From Candidatus Woesearchaeota archaeon (GTDB lineage Archaea; Nanobdellota; Nanobdellia; Woesearchaeales; UBA583), in assembly GCA_965205335.1 (NCBI GenBank), contig OZ242164.1, positions 512,001 to 576,000 on the forward strand: 64,000 nt of DNA, read 5' to 3'. The position numbers and the translations under genes were made by a program. Below the pieces are notes generated by a model that searched no databases, was not told where the DNA came from, and saw only the letters and a list, made by a program, of their open reading frames with translations. Positions 1-8,986 of the stretch are shown in pieces (positions within the stretch are counted from its first letter, which is position 1; each line of letters opens with the position of its first letter).

Positions 1-79
1 AGAATTACTTATTTAGAAATTAAGTTCTAATAATTTGATTAAGCACTTGGTTGTAATACAAATAAATAAGCAAATTTTT

Positions 80-215
80 TTATTTTTTCAAAATATCCCA
101 ATATGGACTTTTACATTTAGGACATATTATAGGCTTGTTTACCTTCCTTGCTTTCCATTTATGATTACATCTGCAACAATAACCACCCATCTACTTCAAA
201 CTTTATTTTAGGCAT
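80..215 (-). pseudogene. small Zn-ribbon protein gene with a single-base frameshift (or a sequencing error)
   Basis: Removing one T near 178-180 gives MPKIKFEVDGWLCCRCNHKWKARKVNKPIICPKCKSPYWDILKK*, with a CxxC...CPKC-SPYW zinc knuckle. Not in the ORF track. Confidence 0.6.
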
Positions 216-327
216 TTTATTATACATAATATCTCTTACTTTATAGATTATATTTCATAGGAAATCTCACATAATTCTTATAGAAGTCTCAGATAAATAT
301 TTTATTTATAATACCATTTCCAAAGGT

Positions 328-480
328 ATGAACTCAAAATATACAAATGTTTCATTTCCTCAGGATATGGTGAATGAAGTAGATAAGATAATTAATGCAA
401 GTCCTCTATATCAAAGTAGAGCAGATTTTTGTAAAGAAGCAGTTAGAGAACACATTAAAAAGAATAAATTATTAGAATAA
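328..480 (+). CDS. ribbon-helix-helix (CopG/Arc/MetJ) DNA-binding protein, 50 aa
   Basis: MNSKYTNVSFPQDMVNEVDKIINASPLYQSRADFCKEAVREHIKKNKLLE*: beta-strand followed by the SRA(D/E)F..EAVR RHH pattern. TATA-like TTTATAAT upstream. Confidence 0.8.
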   Translation: MNSKYTNVSFPQDMVNEVDKIINASPLYQSRADFCKEAVREHIKKNKLLE

Positions 481-617
481 ATTTATTATTAAATTTTCAG
501 AAAGTTTTTTCACTTACTCTACTCAATCACCTAAAAGAAATAAATTGACAGGTCTCTGAAATTTAACAGAACCTATTCTCAATAAGTTATTTAAATTCAA
601 GAGAGTTTTATTTTACT

Positions 618-923
618 ATGAAGTTATGCATTGTTTATTCAACTTTTCCTGATAAGAATTCTGCGAAGTCTGTATGTAAGAGTTTGTTAGATAAGAATTT
701 AGTTGCCTGCTGTAATTTAATTTCTTCAAATTCTTTTTATTTCTGGAATGGAAATTTAGAGAATAGTGATGAGGTTATATGCTTGTTTAAGACAAAACTT
801 CAAAACTGGGAAGCAGTAAAATCTCATATTGAGAAAGTTCATCCATACGATGTACCATGCATTCTAAAGTTTGAAGTAGATTCAAATGAAAAATATTTCA
901 ACTGGGTTAGTAATAATAGTTAG
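618..923 (+). CDS. cutA: divalent-cation tolerance protein CutA
   Basis: LVACCNL...S.YFWNG...E..CLFKT...HPYDVPCI motifs. Confidence 0.92.
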   Translation: MKLCIVYSTFPDKNSAKSVCKSLLDKNLVACCNLISSNSFYFWNGNLENSDEVICLFKTKLQNWEAVKSHIEKVHPYDVPCILKFEVDSNEKYFNWVSNNS

Positions 924-1008
924 ATGTAATTTTAATTAATAATTTCAAGAAATCACAAATGTGATAGGGATTAAAAACATTTATAAATAATGTTTACAAA
1001 TATTTTTC

Positions 1009-1587
1009 ATGGAAGAGAGTTTATTTGAGTCGGCATTTCTTGCAAATATTGGAATTTTGCTTACGGCAATTTTAATTTTTGCAATAGTTTACGCTTTATT
1101 AAATGGGATTAAAGTTTTCGGCGAGAGTAAAGGCATAAATTTAACTGTGGCTATAGTTGCTGCACTTATTGTATCTCTCTCAGGCGTTGCAACTTATGTA
1201 GTTTCATATGCAGTTAATTGGTTTATAATAATATTTTTTATAGTTTTTTTGTTAGTAGTTATCCTGTTGTTTTTAGGAGTTAAGATGTCAGATATAACGT
1301 CTGCCGCCACTTCAAATTCAAAAGTGATTGTGGGTGTTTTTATCGTGTTATTCTTAATTATTATTGTAAAGGGATTTTTTGCCTTGAATAATGCATATGA
1401 TTTGAATAATCCTCCTGAAAGTGATTATGAGGTTGATACAAGTTTTAATATAGGAGTTGATGATGTTATTTTAGATGAAGATGAAGAGATAAATGAAGAT
1501 TATGAATTTAATTTTAGTTCAGGTCTGATTGGAGCTACACTCTTTTTATTAATAATAGGGATATTTGCTTTGATGATTAATAGGTAA
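1009..1587 (+). CDS. multi-pass membrane protein of unknown function
   Basis: About 5 hydrophobic segments and an acidic loop; TATA box TTTATAAA at about 980. Confidence 0.75.
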   Translation: MEESLFESAFLANIGILLTAILIFAIVYALLNGIKVFGESKGINLTVAIVAALIVSLSGVATYVVSYAVNWFIIIFFIVFLLVVILLFLGVKMSDITSAATSNSKVIVGVFIVLFLIIIVKGFFALNNAYDLNNPPESDYEVDTSFNIGVDDVILDEDEEINEDYEFNFSSGLIGATLFLLIIGIFALMINR

Positions 1588-1677
1588 ATGTTAATGTTCT
1601 TCTCTTAGCTTATTTAAATTTAATTAGTTAATCAAAATTATAAATTTTTGAATTCATTTTGCAATGTCATTAAAGAA

Positions 1678-2283
1678 TTAGGTGATCAAGCGGCATCCAC
1701 TAAGGATGGGTTCGAGTATTTCATGAGGTTCTCTTTCAATAACTTCATTGTCATAACTTTTAAATTTGCTATAAATACTGCAATAATATGCCTCAAGGCG
1801 TAATAAAGTTTCATTTCTTGAACTGCATAGTTCAATGTAGCCTTCTATTATTCTTCTATTAAGAAGTGCTAATGCTAGGGGGGTTTCATAAATCGGGGGC
1901 TGAAGTGTTAATTTAGGATTTCTGGATTTACCAATTCCCCCAAATTTTCCGTTTATTTCAAATGAGTAAAGAGCATGACTCAAGCCAAGTTTAGGGGTTA
2001 TATCTGCTCCTATTCTAACTATTGATTTTACTGACACAAACATTTCCCCATATGGTTCTCTTAAATATCTTGCGGCGAAAAATACTCCATCCATACAAAC
2101 ACATGATTTAGTTTCGAAAACTTGGGATGCTGATTTTAATCTAACATCTATTATTTTTCCGTTTTCATCATAATCAATTTGAGAATGGTCATATTCAAAA
2201 GAATCTAAATCTCTCTGAACTCTTTTAATCATATCACAACTAATATCGCTTAAATATTCTTCTGAGTCTTGTCTAGTTTCCAT
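1678..2283 (-). CDS. vasohibin-like (transglutaminase-fold) putative cysteine protease
   Basis: CMDGVFFA...HALYSF..GKFGGIGKSR..L..QPPIYET resembles the vasohibin pattern C-LEA / H-IVL / GALGMSR..L.YKPP.F.T. Confidence 0.55.
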   Translation of the reverse strand: METRQDSEEYLSDISCDMIKRVQRDLDSFEYDHSQIDYDENGKIIDVRLKSASQVFETKSCVCMDGVFFAARYLREPYGEMFVSVKSIVRIGADITPKLGLSHALYSFEINGKFGGIGKSRNPKLTLQPPIYETPLALALLNRRIIEGYIELCSSRNETLLRLEAYYCSIYSKFKSYDNEVIEREPHEILEPILSGCRLIT

Positions 2284-2355
2284 TTTGTGATAAAGTAATA
2301 GTTCAGATTTTATAAATCTTTTTCTATTTACTACTTTTAAATAAGTATAAATAAA

Positions 2356-4272
2356 CTAATTTAATCTAACACTCTCTAAATTCTCAGGAGCATAGGTTTT
2401 CACATTAGGTATTATCCTCTTTACTACCTCTGAAAAATACATAAGTTTTGAGGGTTCACCATGATTTAATATTACTTTTTTAGGTTTAACAGATAAATTA
2501 TTAATAAATTTCTTTGTTAGTGAGAGATCTGAATGGGCAGAGAATGCTCCTCTCATATGTGCAACTTTCATATTAACTCTAACTCTATCATTTTCAGAAC
2601 CAGTGTTGCTCATCAGAATATCTTTTTCGCCATCTTTAACCCTTCTTCCAAGAGTTCCATTTGCCTGATATCCAACAAAAATAATTGCATTGTTTTCGTT
2701 TGGTGCAAACTTTTTAAAATATTCAACTGATGCTCCCCCGTTAAGCATTCCTGATGTGGATAATACAACACATGGCTCATTTGAATTAAAAATTGCTTCT
2801 CTTTCTTTTGATGATCCAACTTCTTTAAAGTTCTCTATTGTAAAAGGATTATCCCCTCTTAATATTCTACCCTTTAATCTCCCGTTTAGGTATTCGGGGT
2901 ATGCTGTATGAATTGCAGTGGTTTCCCAGACCATACCGTCAATATAAACGTTCAAATCACTTGGCAGTCTCTCTTCTTTGATTAAGTTTTCAATTGTTAA
3001 AAGCATTTCCTGAGATCTTCCAACTCCAAAAACAGGAACTAAAACTTTTCCTTTTCTAACATAAGAATCTAAAATTATCTTTAAGAACTCTTCTTCAGCT
3101 TCCTCTCTTGGCATTGAAAAATCTTTGGGACCTGTTGAAGTGTTTTCAATTGTCATGCTTTCAAGTCTTGGAAATTCTGTAACTGCTCTATTGAGAAGTC
3201 TCTGTTTGTACGAATAATTGAAATCTCCTGCATACATGAAGTTATGAATTCCATTTCCAATATTTACATGACAGAATGCACTTCCCAAGATATGTCCGCT
3301 ATTGTAGAATGTTAAACGAATGTCAGGAGTTATATCTGTAACAGTGCCATAGTTAAGAATAATCACATGTTTAAGCATTTCTTTAATGTGTTCAGGTTTA
3401 TACAGAATTTGTTCTGCCTGAGTGTTTCCCATAATTTTAATGAAATCTAATTGAGATAAAGCCATAATATCTCTGGTAGGCTCAGTGCAATAAACAGGTC
3501 CTTTGTACCCAATTTTATATAGGTATGGAATAAGTCCGCAGTGATCCATGTGAGCATGGGATAAAACAATTGCATCAATGTCTTCTAATTTAAAATCAGG
3601 AGAATCAAAGAATGGAAATTCTTTAGGATCTCCAAAAGAAACAGATGGGTCAATTCCACAGTCAAATAAGATTCTGCTCTCAGTTGTCTGCAGATAAATT
3701 GCTGATCTTCCTATTTGATTCCCCCCGCCTAACATTGTAATTCTTGCCCATCCTCTGATTTTTCCCTTCGTCCATCCTCCGTAAATTCTTTTTCCAACTT
3801 TATTTAGAAATTTTCTTCTGTACTCACTGGCTTCAAATTCAACTGCTCTCATGGCATTAACAGTTTTGGACACTAAGGGAGGAATTCTTTTGACAACAAC
3901 TGACCAGAAAGTTTTCTTCTGGATTCCTTTTAGGTTAACTCCCTTTTGCCCGACTGCCGCTCCCACATTATCTACCTCAATTACAAGCATGGATCTTGCA
4001 GTATCAAATTTGAATTCAATTTTCTTGACATCTTCACCTAAAATTTTTTTTACTTCTTTTATAGTCTCTTCTTCTTCTAAAAGAATAGAATTGTCTGCTC
4101 TAAGTTCGATTCTCTTTTTATATCTTGAAACAATATCTTTGATTTTTTCACGTCCGCTAAACAGGAAATCTTTATGGTTTGTGTATATAACAATATTTGC
4201 AGCTTCAAATTCAACTGCGACAATTTTATCCTCTGGAAGTTCTTTTATAATCTCATCTAAAATTTTTACCAT
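2356..4272 (-). CDS. fttA: beta-CASP ribonuclease aCPSF1 (transcription termination factor FttA)
   Basis: N-terminal KH domains, SHAHMDH metallo-beta-lactamase motif, SGHILG, FSAHSD, NHGE; 638 aa. Confidence 0.95.
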   Translation of the reverse strand: MVKILDEIIKELPEDKIVAVEFEAANIVIYTNHKDFLFSGREKIKDIVSRYKKRIELRADNSILLEEEETIKEVKKILGEDVKKIEFKFDTARSMLVIEVDNVGAAVGQKGVNLKGIQKKTFWSVVVKRIPPLVSKTVNAMRAVEFEASEYRRKFLNKVGKRIYGGWTKGKIRGWARITMLGGGNQIGRSAIYLQTTESRILFDCGIDPSVSFGDPKEFPFFDSPDFKLEDIDAIVLSHAHMDHCGLIPYLYKIGYKGPVYCTEPTRDIMALSQLDFIKIMGNTQAEQILYKPEHIKEMLKHVIILNYGTVTDITPDIRLTFYNSGHILGSAFCHVNIGNGIHNFMYAGDFNYSYKQRLLNRAVTEFPRLESMTIENTSTGPKDFSMPREEAEEEFLKIILDSYVRKGKVLVPVFGVGRSQEMLLTIENLIKEERLPSDLNVYIDGMVWETTAIHTAYPEYLNGRLKGRILRGDNPFTIENFKEVGSSKEREAIFNSNEPCVVLSTSGMLNGGASVEYFKKFAPNENNAIIFVGYQANGTLGRRVKDGEKDILMSNTGSENDRVRVNMKVAHMRGAFSAHSDLSLTKKFINNLSVKPKKVILNHGEPSKLMYFSEVVKRIIPNVKTYAPENLESVRLN

Positions 4273-4365
4273 CTTTTTATAAAATAGATTTCTAATCAGA
4301 AAATTTGATTTCAGAAATATCTACAAGTGATTTAATCACTTAATAATATTAGTGGAGAAACATTT

Positions 4366-4388
4366 ATTTATAAATTTATTGTATTGGT
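4366..4388 (-). promoter_or_regulatory. TATA-box promoter region of aCPSF1; 23-bp identical (inverted) to 8987-9009
   Basis: Minus strand reads ACCAATACAATAAATTTATAAAT, about 95 bp upstream of the start codon. Confidence 0.5.
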
Positions 4389-4525
4389 TGGAGATAGGAA
4401 ATTTTTGAGGAATAAGTTAAGAAGTTCGCTTTACATTTGTCGGCAAAGCAGTTTGAATATCTAATTATTAATTAATGCGGGTTTGTTTACAGCACATTTA
4501 TAAATATTTTAGGTTTTTCTTATGT

Positions 4526-6529
4526 ATGAAAAATAAGGATAATAAGTTCTATATCACAACACCAATATATTATGCAAGTGGGAAACCTCATTTGGGACAT
4601 GCTTATACAAGTGTTGCGTGTGATATTCTTGCAAGGTGGAACAGAAATATAGGAAGAGAAGTTTTTTTTCTGACTGGAACTGATGAGCACGGACAGAAAA
4701 TTGAGAGAAAAGCAAAGGAAGCTGGTAAGTCTCCTAAGAAATTTGTTGATTCTTTAGTTCCCCAATTTAAAAAAATGCTTGATGTTCTAAATGTTTCAAA
4801 TGATTTTTTTGTAAGAACAACTGATAAATATCACAAGGAATTTGTTAAGGAGGTTTTGCAGAAAACTTATGATAATGAGGATATTTACAAGGATGAGTAT
4901 GAGGGATTGTATTGTGTTGATTGTGAACAATACTACAAAGAAGAAGAGTTAGAGGATGAGAGTATTTGTCCAATTCATAAAAGGAAAGTTGAAAAATTTA
5001 AAGAAGAGAATTATTTTTTCAGATTGTCTAAATATCAGAATAAACTCTTAAAATTCTATAAGGAAAATCCTGATTTTTTATCACCCAAATCAAAAGCAGA
5101 GGAAACTGTTAACAGGGTTAAGGAAGGTCTTTTGGATATATCAATTTCAAGAAATAAGAAAACTCTTTCATGGGGAATTGAACTTCCTTTTGATTCTGAG
5201 CATGTTGTTTATGTTTGGTTTGATGCTCTTTACAATTATATTTCTGCTTTGGTGGAAACTGATAAGGAAGATTTCTGGCCTGCAGATGTTCAGATGGTTG
5301 GGAAGGATATTATGTGGTTTCATAAGGTTTTCTGGCCTGCTTTTTTAATGTCTGCTGGATATGAACTGCCAAAAAAAGTATTTGCTCATGGCTGGTGGAC
5401 TGTAAATAATGAGAAGATGGGAAAGGTTCTTAATAATGTTATAGAACCTATTGAAATGGCTCAGAAATATGGAACAGATGAATTGAGGTATTATCTTTTC
5501 TCGCTTGGAACTTTTGGTGAGGATCAGAATTTTACAATGGAGTCTTTTGCTGAGAAGATAAATAATGATTTGAATAATGATTTGGGAAATCTTATTTCAA
5601 GAGTTGTTTCAATGACAAATAAGTTTTTTTCGAGTGGTGTTCCTAAAGTGGGTGAATTGACAGAGGTTGAATTAAATCTTTTGGATAAGTTGAATATGCA
5701 TAAGGAGTTTAATGGATATATGCAGAATTTAGAGTATTTTAAATCTTTAAGTCTGCTCTGGGATGGAATTCGTGAGACTAATGCTTATATTAATAGGGTT
5801 GAACCTTGGAGGGAGAAAGATGAAAGTAGGTTAGCTACAATTATGAACACTTTGTGCTCGGCATGTATTTTATTTGCAAAGTATTTAGAATGTTTTATGC
5901 CTCAGAAATCAGCTTTGATATTTAAGCAGTTTAATATGAAAAATGATGAGATTTTTAAGTTGGAATTTATTGAAGAGAATCATAGACTTGGGCAGAAGAT
6001 AAATCTTTTTGAGAAAATAAAATTAGAGAATAAAAGGGAAAATCCAGAAGAGAAAAAGGAAGGGTTTGAATTGCTTAATTTAAAGGTTGGAAAGATTATA
6101 GAAATTAAAGAGCATCCAGAGGCGGAAAAGTTGTTTATTGAAAAGATTGATATTGGAGAAGATGAGTCAAGACAGATAGTTTCAGGTTTGAGGGATTATT
6201 ATAAGAAAGAGGAACTTTTGGGCAATAATGTAGTGGTTGTAGCAAATTTAAAACATGCAAAACTTCGTGGGGTAAAATCAGAGGGGATGATACTTGCCGC
6301 AGAGGATAGTAAGGGAAATGTGGGGATAGTTACAACAAATTCTGATGTTGGAGAGAATTTAATGTGGAAGGGAAAAACTGCAGATAGTGATTTGAAGATT
6401 AAAATAGAAGATTTTTTTAGTGTTGAGATGAAATCTCTTGGATGCAGGATTGAATTGGATTCAGAAGAGGTTACTGTTAATGGAAAATCTCTTGTAGCGG
6501 ATAAAGGTATTAAGGGAAGTATTAGGTAG
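4526..6529 (+). CDS. metG: methionine--tRNA ligase (bacterial-type single zinc knuckle) with C-terminal tRNA-binding domain
   Basis: YITTPIYY, HLGH, GTDEHGQK, YCVDCE..CPIH, YVWFDAL, GKDI, KMGKV (KMSKS variant), C-terminal IVSG/SEGM OB domain. The ATG at 4526 is preferred over 4475. Confidence 0.96.
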   Translation: MKNKDNKFYITTPIYYASGKPHLGHAYTSVACDILARWNRNIGREVFFLTGTDEHGQKIERKAKEAGKSPKKFVDSLVPQFKKMLDVLNVSNDFFVRTTDKYHKEFVKEVLQKTYDNEDIYKDEYEGLYCVDCEQYYKEEELEDESICPIHKRKVEKFKEENYFFRLSKYQNKLLKFYKENPDFLSPKSKAEETVNRVKEGLLDISISRNKKTLSWGIELPFDSEHVVYVWFDALYNYISALVETDKEDFWPADVQMVGKDIMWFHKVFWPAFLMSAGYELPKKVFAHGWWTVNNEKMGKVLNNVIEPIEMAQKYGTDELRYYLFSLGTFGEDQNFTMESFAEKINNDLNNDLGNLISRVVSMTNKFFSSGVPKVGELTEVELNLLDKLNMHKEFNGYMQNLEYFKSLSLLWDGIRETNAYINRVEPWREKDESRLATIMNTLCSACILFAKYLECFMPQKSALIFKQFNMKNDEIFKLEFIEENHRLGQKINLFEKIKLENKRENPEEKKEGFELLNLKVGKIIEIKEHPEAEKLFIEKIDIGEDESRQIVSGLRDYYKKEELLGNNVVVVANLKHAKLRGVKSEGMILAAEDSKGNVGIVTTNSDVGENLMWKGKTADSDLKIKIEDFFSVEMKSLGCRIELDSEEVTVNGKSLVADKGIKGSIR

Positions 6530-6545
6530 TTTAGAAGATAAGCCT

Positions 6546-7322
6546 TTAAGTTTTCTGAGATTTGTCCTCTTGATTAAATTTCCTTGCTAATTTTTGTATT
6601 AATTTTAATTTTTCATCTTCAAAATAATCTTTATTGGACTTTAATCTTTTAGCAATTTCTTTATCCAAATCCAAACTTTTAATCTTTTTCAATTCTTCTG
6701 TTTTTGGGAATAATTTATTAATAAATTTCTCTATATAAGTTTCAGAATCAGGAATTACTAGAGATAAATTACCCTTCTTTACCTTACCTTTAAACCAATA
6801 ATACTTGTCTAAGTCGTCAAAGGATATTTCTTTATCTTTTAAATCATTCAATTTATAAAAATATTTTTTTGGAAGTTTTTTTTTGACTTCTTTTGGAAAT
6901 TCTTTGTTTAATTCTTCTAAAATTAAACTATCATATATTGGAAAATTAAAATTAGTTTGGAAGTAAATATATTTAGTTAAAAGAGAGAAAGCGTGTCCTT
7001 TTGTTCTCTCCCCCTTTTTATCAATCCCAATCTTTTCATTCATTTTGCCAAAATTGTCTTTAATGAAATCTTCTACATTTATATTTTTCTTTAATTTATC
7101 TTTAAGATTCTTATGAATTAAATCAGTTAATTCTTCAAAACCAAAATATCTCTTATTCATATTAGTAGAGTATAAACTATCAATAACAATTAATCTTAAC
7201 ATAATATCTTTTTTATCATCAGATTTTTTTTTAAATAATTTTCTTATTGTTTCTTTGTATTCACTAATGGGAGTTCCTTCTAATATTTTATTAATATCTT
7301 TTAAATCTTTTAAGTCTACCAT
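6546..7322 (-). CDS. hypothetical protein, possibly related to HhH-GPD glycosylase-like folds
   Basis: Open 258-aa ORF with motifs IDSLYSTN and FSLLTKYIYF...FPIYDS; family assignment is tentative. Confidence 0.45.
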   Translation of the reverse strand: MVDLKDLKDINKILEGTPISEYKETIRKLFKKKSDDKKDIMLRLIVIDSLYSTNMNKRYFGFEELTDLIHKNLKDKLKKNINVEDFIKDNFGKMNEKIGIDKKGERTKGHAFSLLTKYIYFQTNFNFPIYDSLILEELNKEFPKEVKKKLPKKYFYKLNDLKDKEISFDDLDKYYWFKGKVKKGNLSLVIPDSETYIEKFINKLFPKTEELKKIKSLDLDKEIAKRLKSNKDYFEDEKLKLIQKLARKFNQEDKSQKT

Positions 7323-7337
7323 TTGGAGAATTGTAAT

Positions 7338-8012
7338 TTATATGTAATCAAGGGATTCAGTTATGTTTTGTATTTCAATTGTTGAACATGCCAAACCAAG
7401 AATTAATCCTTTTGAGTTTGAAACAATGCCTGATGATACATAATTACTACCTGAATTAACTGTTCCAACGCCACTAACTTGGGATGCGATTTCTTTGGCA
7501 TTTTCTTCTGTTATTTGCGATGATAGGAAATATCTTGAATTTTTGTAAATGCATAATGCTCCGATGTTTTCGTGGTCTTCTACTTCTATAATTATGCATT
7601 TGTGTTCTGTTTTTTTTTCTAATTTTTCTTTGAAGTCATGTGAGTATTTTGAGTTGAGAAGGATTTTTTTGTTTCCAAAGCAAATGCTGTTTCCGTAAGT
7701 GTTAAGAGTATTGCTGATGTGAATTAGTTTAGTGTTGTGTTTTGTAGTTATTTTTTCAAATATTTCCATTTCGTAATCATACATGTCTGGAATTAATACG
7801 TAATCATTATTGCCTGAGATGAATACTCCTATTAATTCAGTTCCTATTACGGTTGCGTTGTAAACCGGAACTTTTAGGACTTCTTCAATTTCTTTTTTTT
7901 TAGATTCTGAGATTTGTTTTCCTAATATGCAGAATTTATCGTTTGCAAACATGTAAAGTCCGATATTTGCATCCCCTTCAAATCCCATTAAGATTATTTT
8001 TTTTGATTCCAA
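7338..8012 (-). CDS. eif6: translation initiation factor 6 (aIF6)
   Basis: NIGLY..ANDK, GTELIG, GTVNSGS.YVSSGIVSNSKG...T.E pentein repeats; TTG start. Confidence 0.88.
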   Translation of the reverse strand: MESKKIILMGFEGDANIGLYMFANDKFCILGKQISESKKKEIEEVLKVPVYNATVIGTELIGVFISGNNDYVLIPDMYDYEMEIFEKITTKHNTKLIHISNTLNTYGNSICFGNKKILLNSKYSHDFKEKLEKKTEHKCIIIEVEDHENIGALCIYKNSRYFLSSQITEENAKEIASQVSGVGTVNSGSNYVSSGIVSNSKGLILGLACSTIEIQNITESLDYI

Positions 8013-8056
8013 ATTAAAACAAATAATTAAATATGGTTAATAAATGTAAGTGTTAT

Positions 8057-8683
8057 ATGAGAGAAATTTATGCTAAACTTGGAATTCGTGAGGATGTTAA
8101 GGTAGTGGTTGTTAGTAAAAGTAGAGGGGTTAGTGAGATTTCAAAGTTGTATGATAGAGGGTTTAGAGATTTTGGAGAGAACAGAGTTCGTGAATTTTTG
8201 GAAAAAAGAGAAAATCTCCCGGATGATATTAGATGGCATTTTACTGGTCATCTGCAATCAAATAAAGTGAAGTATTTAATTGGTTTTGTTTATATGATTC
8301 AAAGTGTTGATTCAATTAAACTTTTAAATGAGATAAATAAACAGGCTAAAAGGAAGGGTAAGAAGGTTAATTGTTTGATTCAGATAAATATTTCAAATGA
8401 GAAGGGTAAATATGGTTTTAAGAGTATTGATGAGGTAATAGAGTTTCTTAGAAAGAGTGATTTAGAGTGTGTTAGGATAAAGGGAGTTATGGGAATTGCG
8501 AAGAGAACTGGTGATAAGGAGGTGATTAGGGAGAATTTTAATTTTTTAAGAGGGGAATCCTATAAACTTTTGAGAGAAGTAAAGGATGCAAGTATTATTT
8601 CGTGCGGTATGAGTTCGGATTATAAGATTGCAATATCTGGGGGGTCAAATATGTTAAGGCTTGGAAGAATATTATTTAGTTAG
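8057..8683 (+). CDS. yggS: YggS-family pyridoxal phosphate homeostasis protein
   Basis: VVSK, FGENRV, WHFTGHLQSNK, IQSVDS, GMSSDY..AI..GSNMLRLGR. Confidence 0.94.
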   Translation: MREIYAKLGIREDVKVVVVSKSRGVSEISKLYDRGFRDFGENRVREFLEKRENLPDDIRWHFTGHLQSNKVKYLIGFVYMIQSVDSIKLLNEINKQAKRKGKKVNCLIQINISNEKGKYGFKSIDEVIEFLRKSDLECVRIKGVMGIAKRTGDKEVIRENFNFLRGESYKLLREVKDASIISCGMSSDYKIAISGGSNMLRLGRILFS

Positions 8684-8732
8684 AATTGGTTGATGAGGAT
8701 TGTAAATTTGAGAAATATTGTATTTGTTTTAC

Positions 8733-8849
8733 GGCTTTGTACGAAAAGTCATTAAGAATTAATAATAAATTAGAAATAATTAAAATTATCAATATATAAT
8801 ATAATGTTTTAATCTTTTTTAAAGCAATTGTTACTTTTCGTACAAAGCC
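8733..8849. mobile_element. MITE-like element 1 (117 bp) with IS1595-like termini
   Basis: Perfect 17-bp terminal inverted repeat GGCTTTGTACGAAAAGT (8733-8749) / ACTTTTCGTACAAAGCC (8833-8849); no TSD seen. Confidence 0.65.
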
Positions 8850-8858
8850 AACCAATAC

Positions 8859-8986
8859 GGCTCTGTCCATAAATTCAAGAGAACTTAAAATATTGTATCA
8901 ATAAAGCAACTTTTGATAAATAATTTCTTTCTTTGATTGAATATATTTAGCATAGATTTTGGAAAAAACAATTTATGGACAGAGCC
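8859..8986. mobile_element. MITE-like element 2 (128 bp), IS1595-like, 8-bp TSD
   Basis: Perfect 17-bp TIR GGCTCTGTCCATAAATT (8859-8875) / AATTTATGGACAGAGCC (8970-8986), flanked by ACCAATAC at 8851-8858 and 8987-8994. Confidence 0.82.

Noticed and set aside
952-965. Palindrome ATCACA-AA-TGTGAT upstream of a TATA box
   Set aside because: Only 6-bp arms and a single occurrence; plausible by chance in AT-rich DNA.
8676-8870. 64-aa ORF in the ORF track
   Set aside because: Lies across two MITEs and takes its start codon from a TIR; probably spurious.
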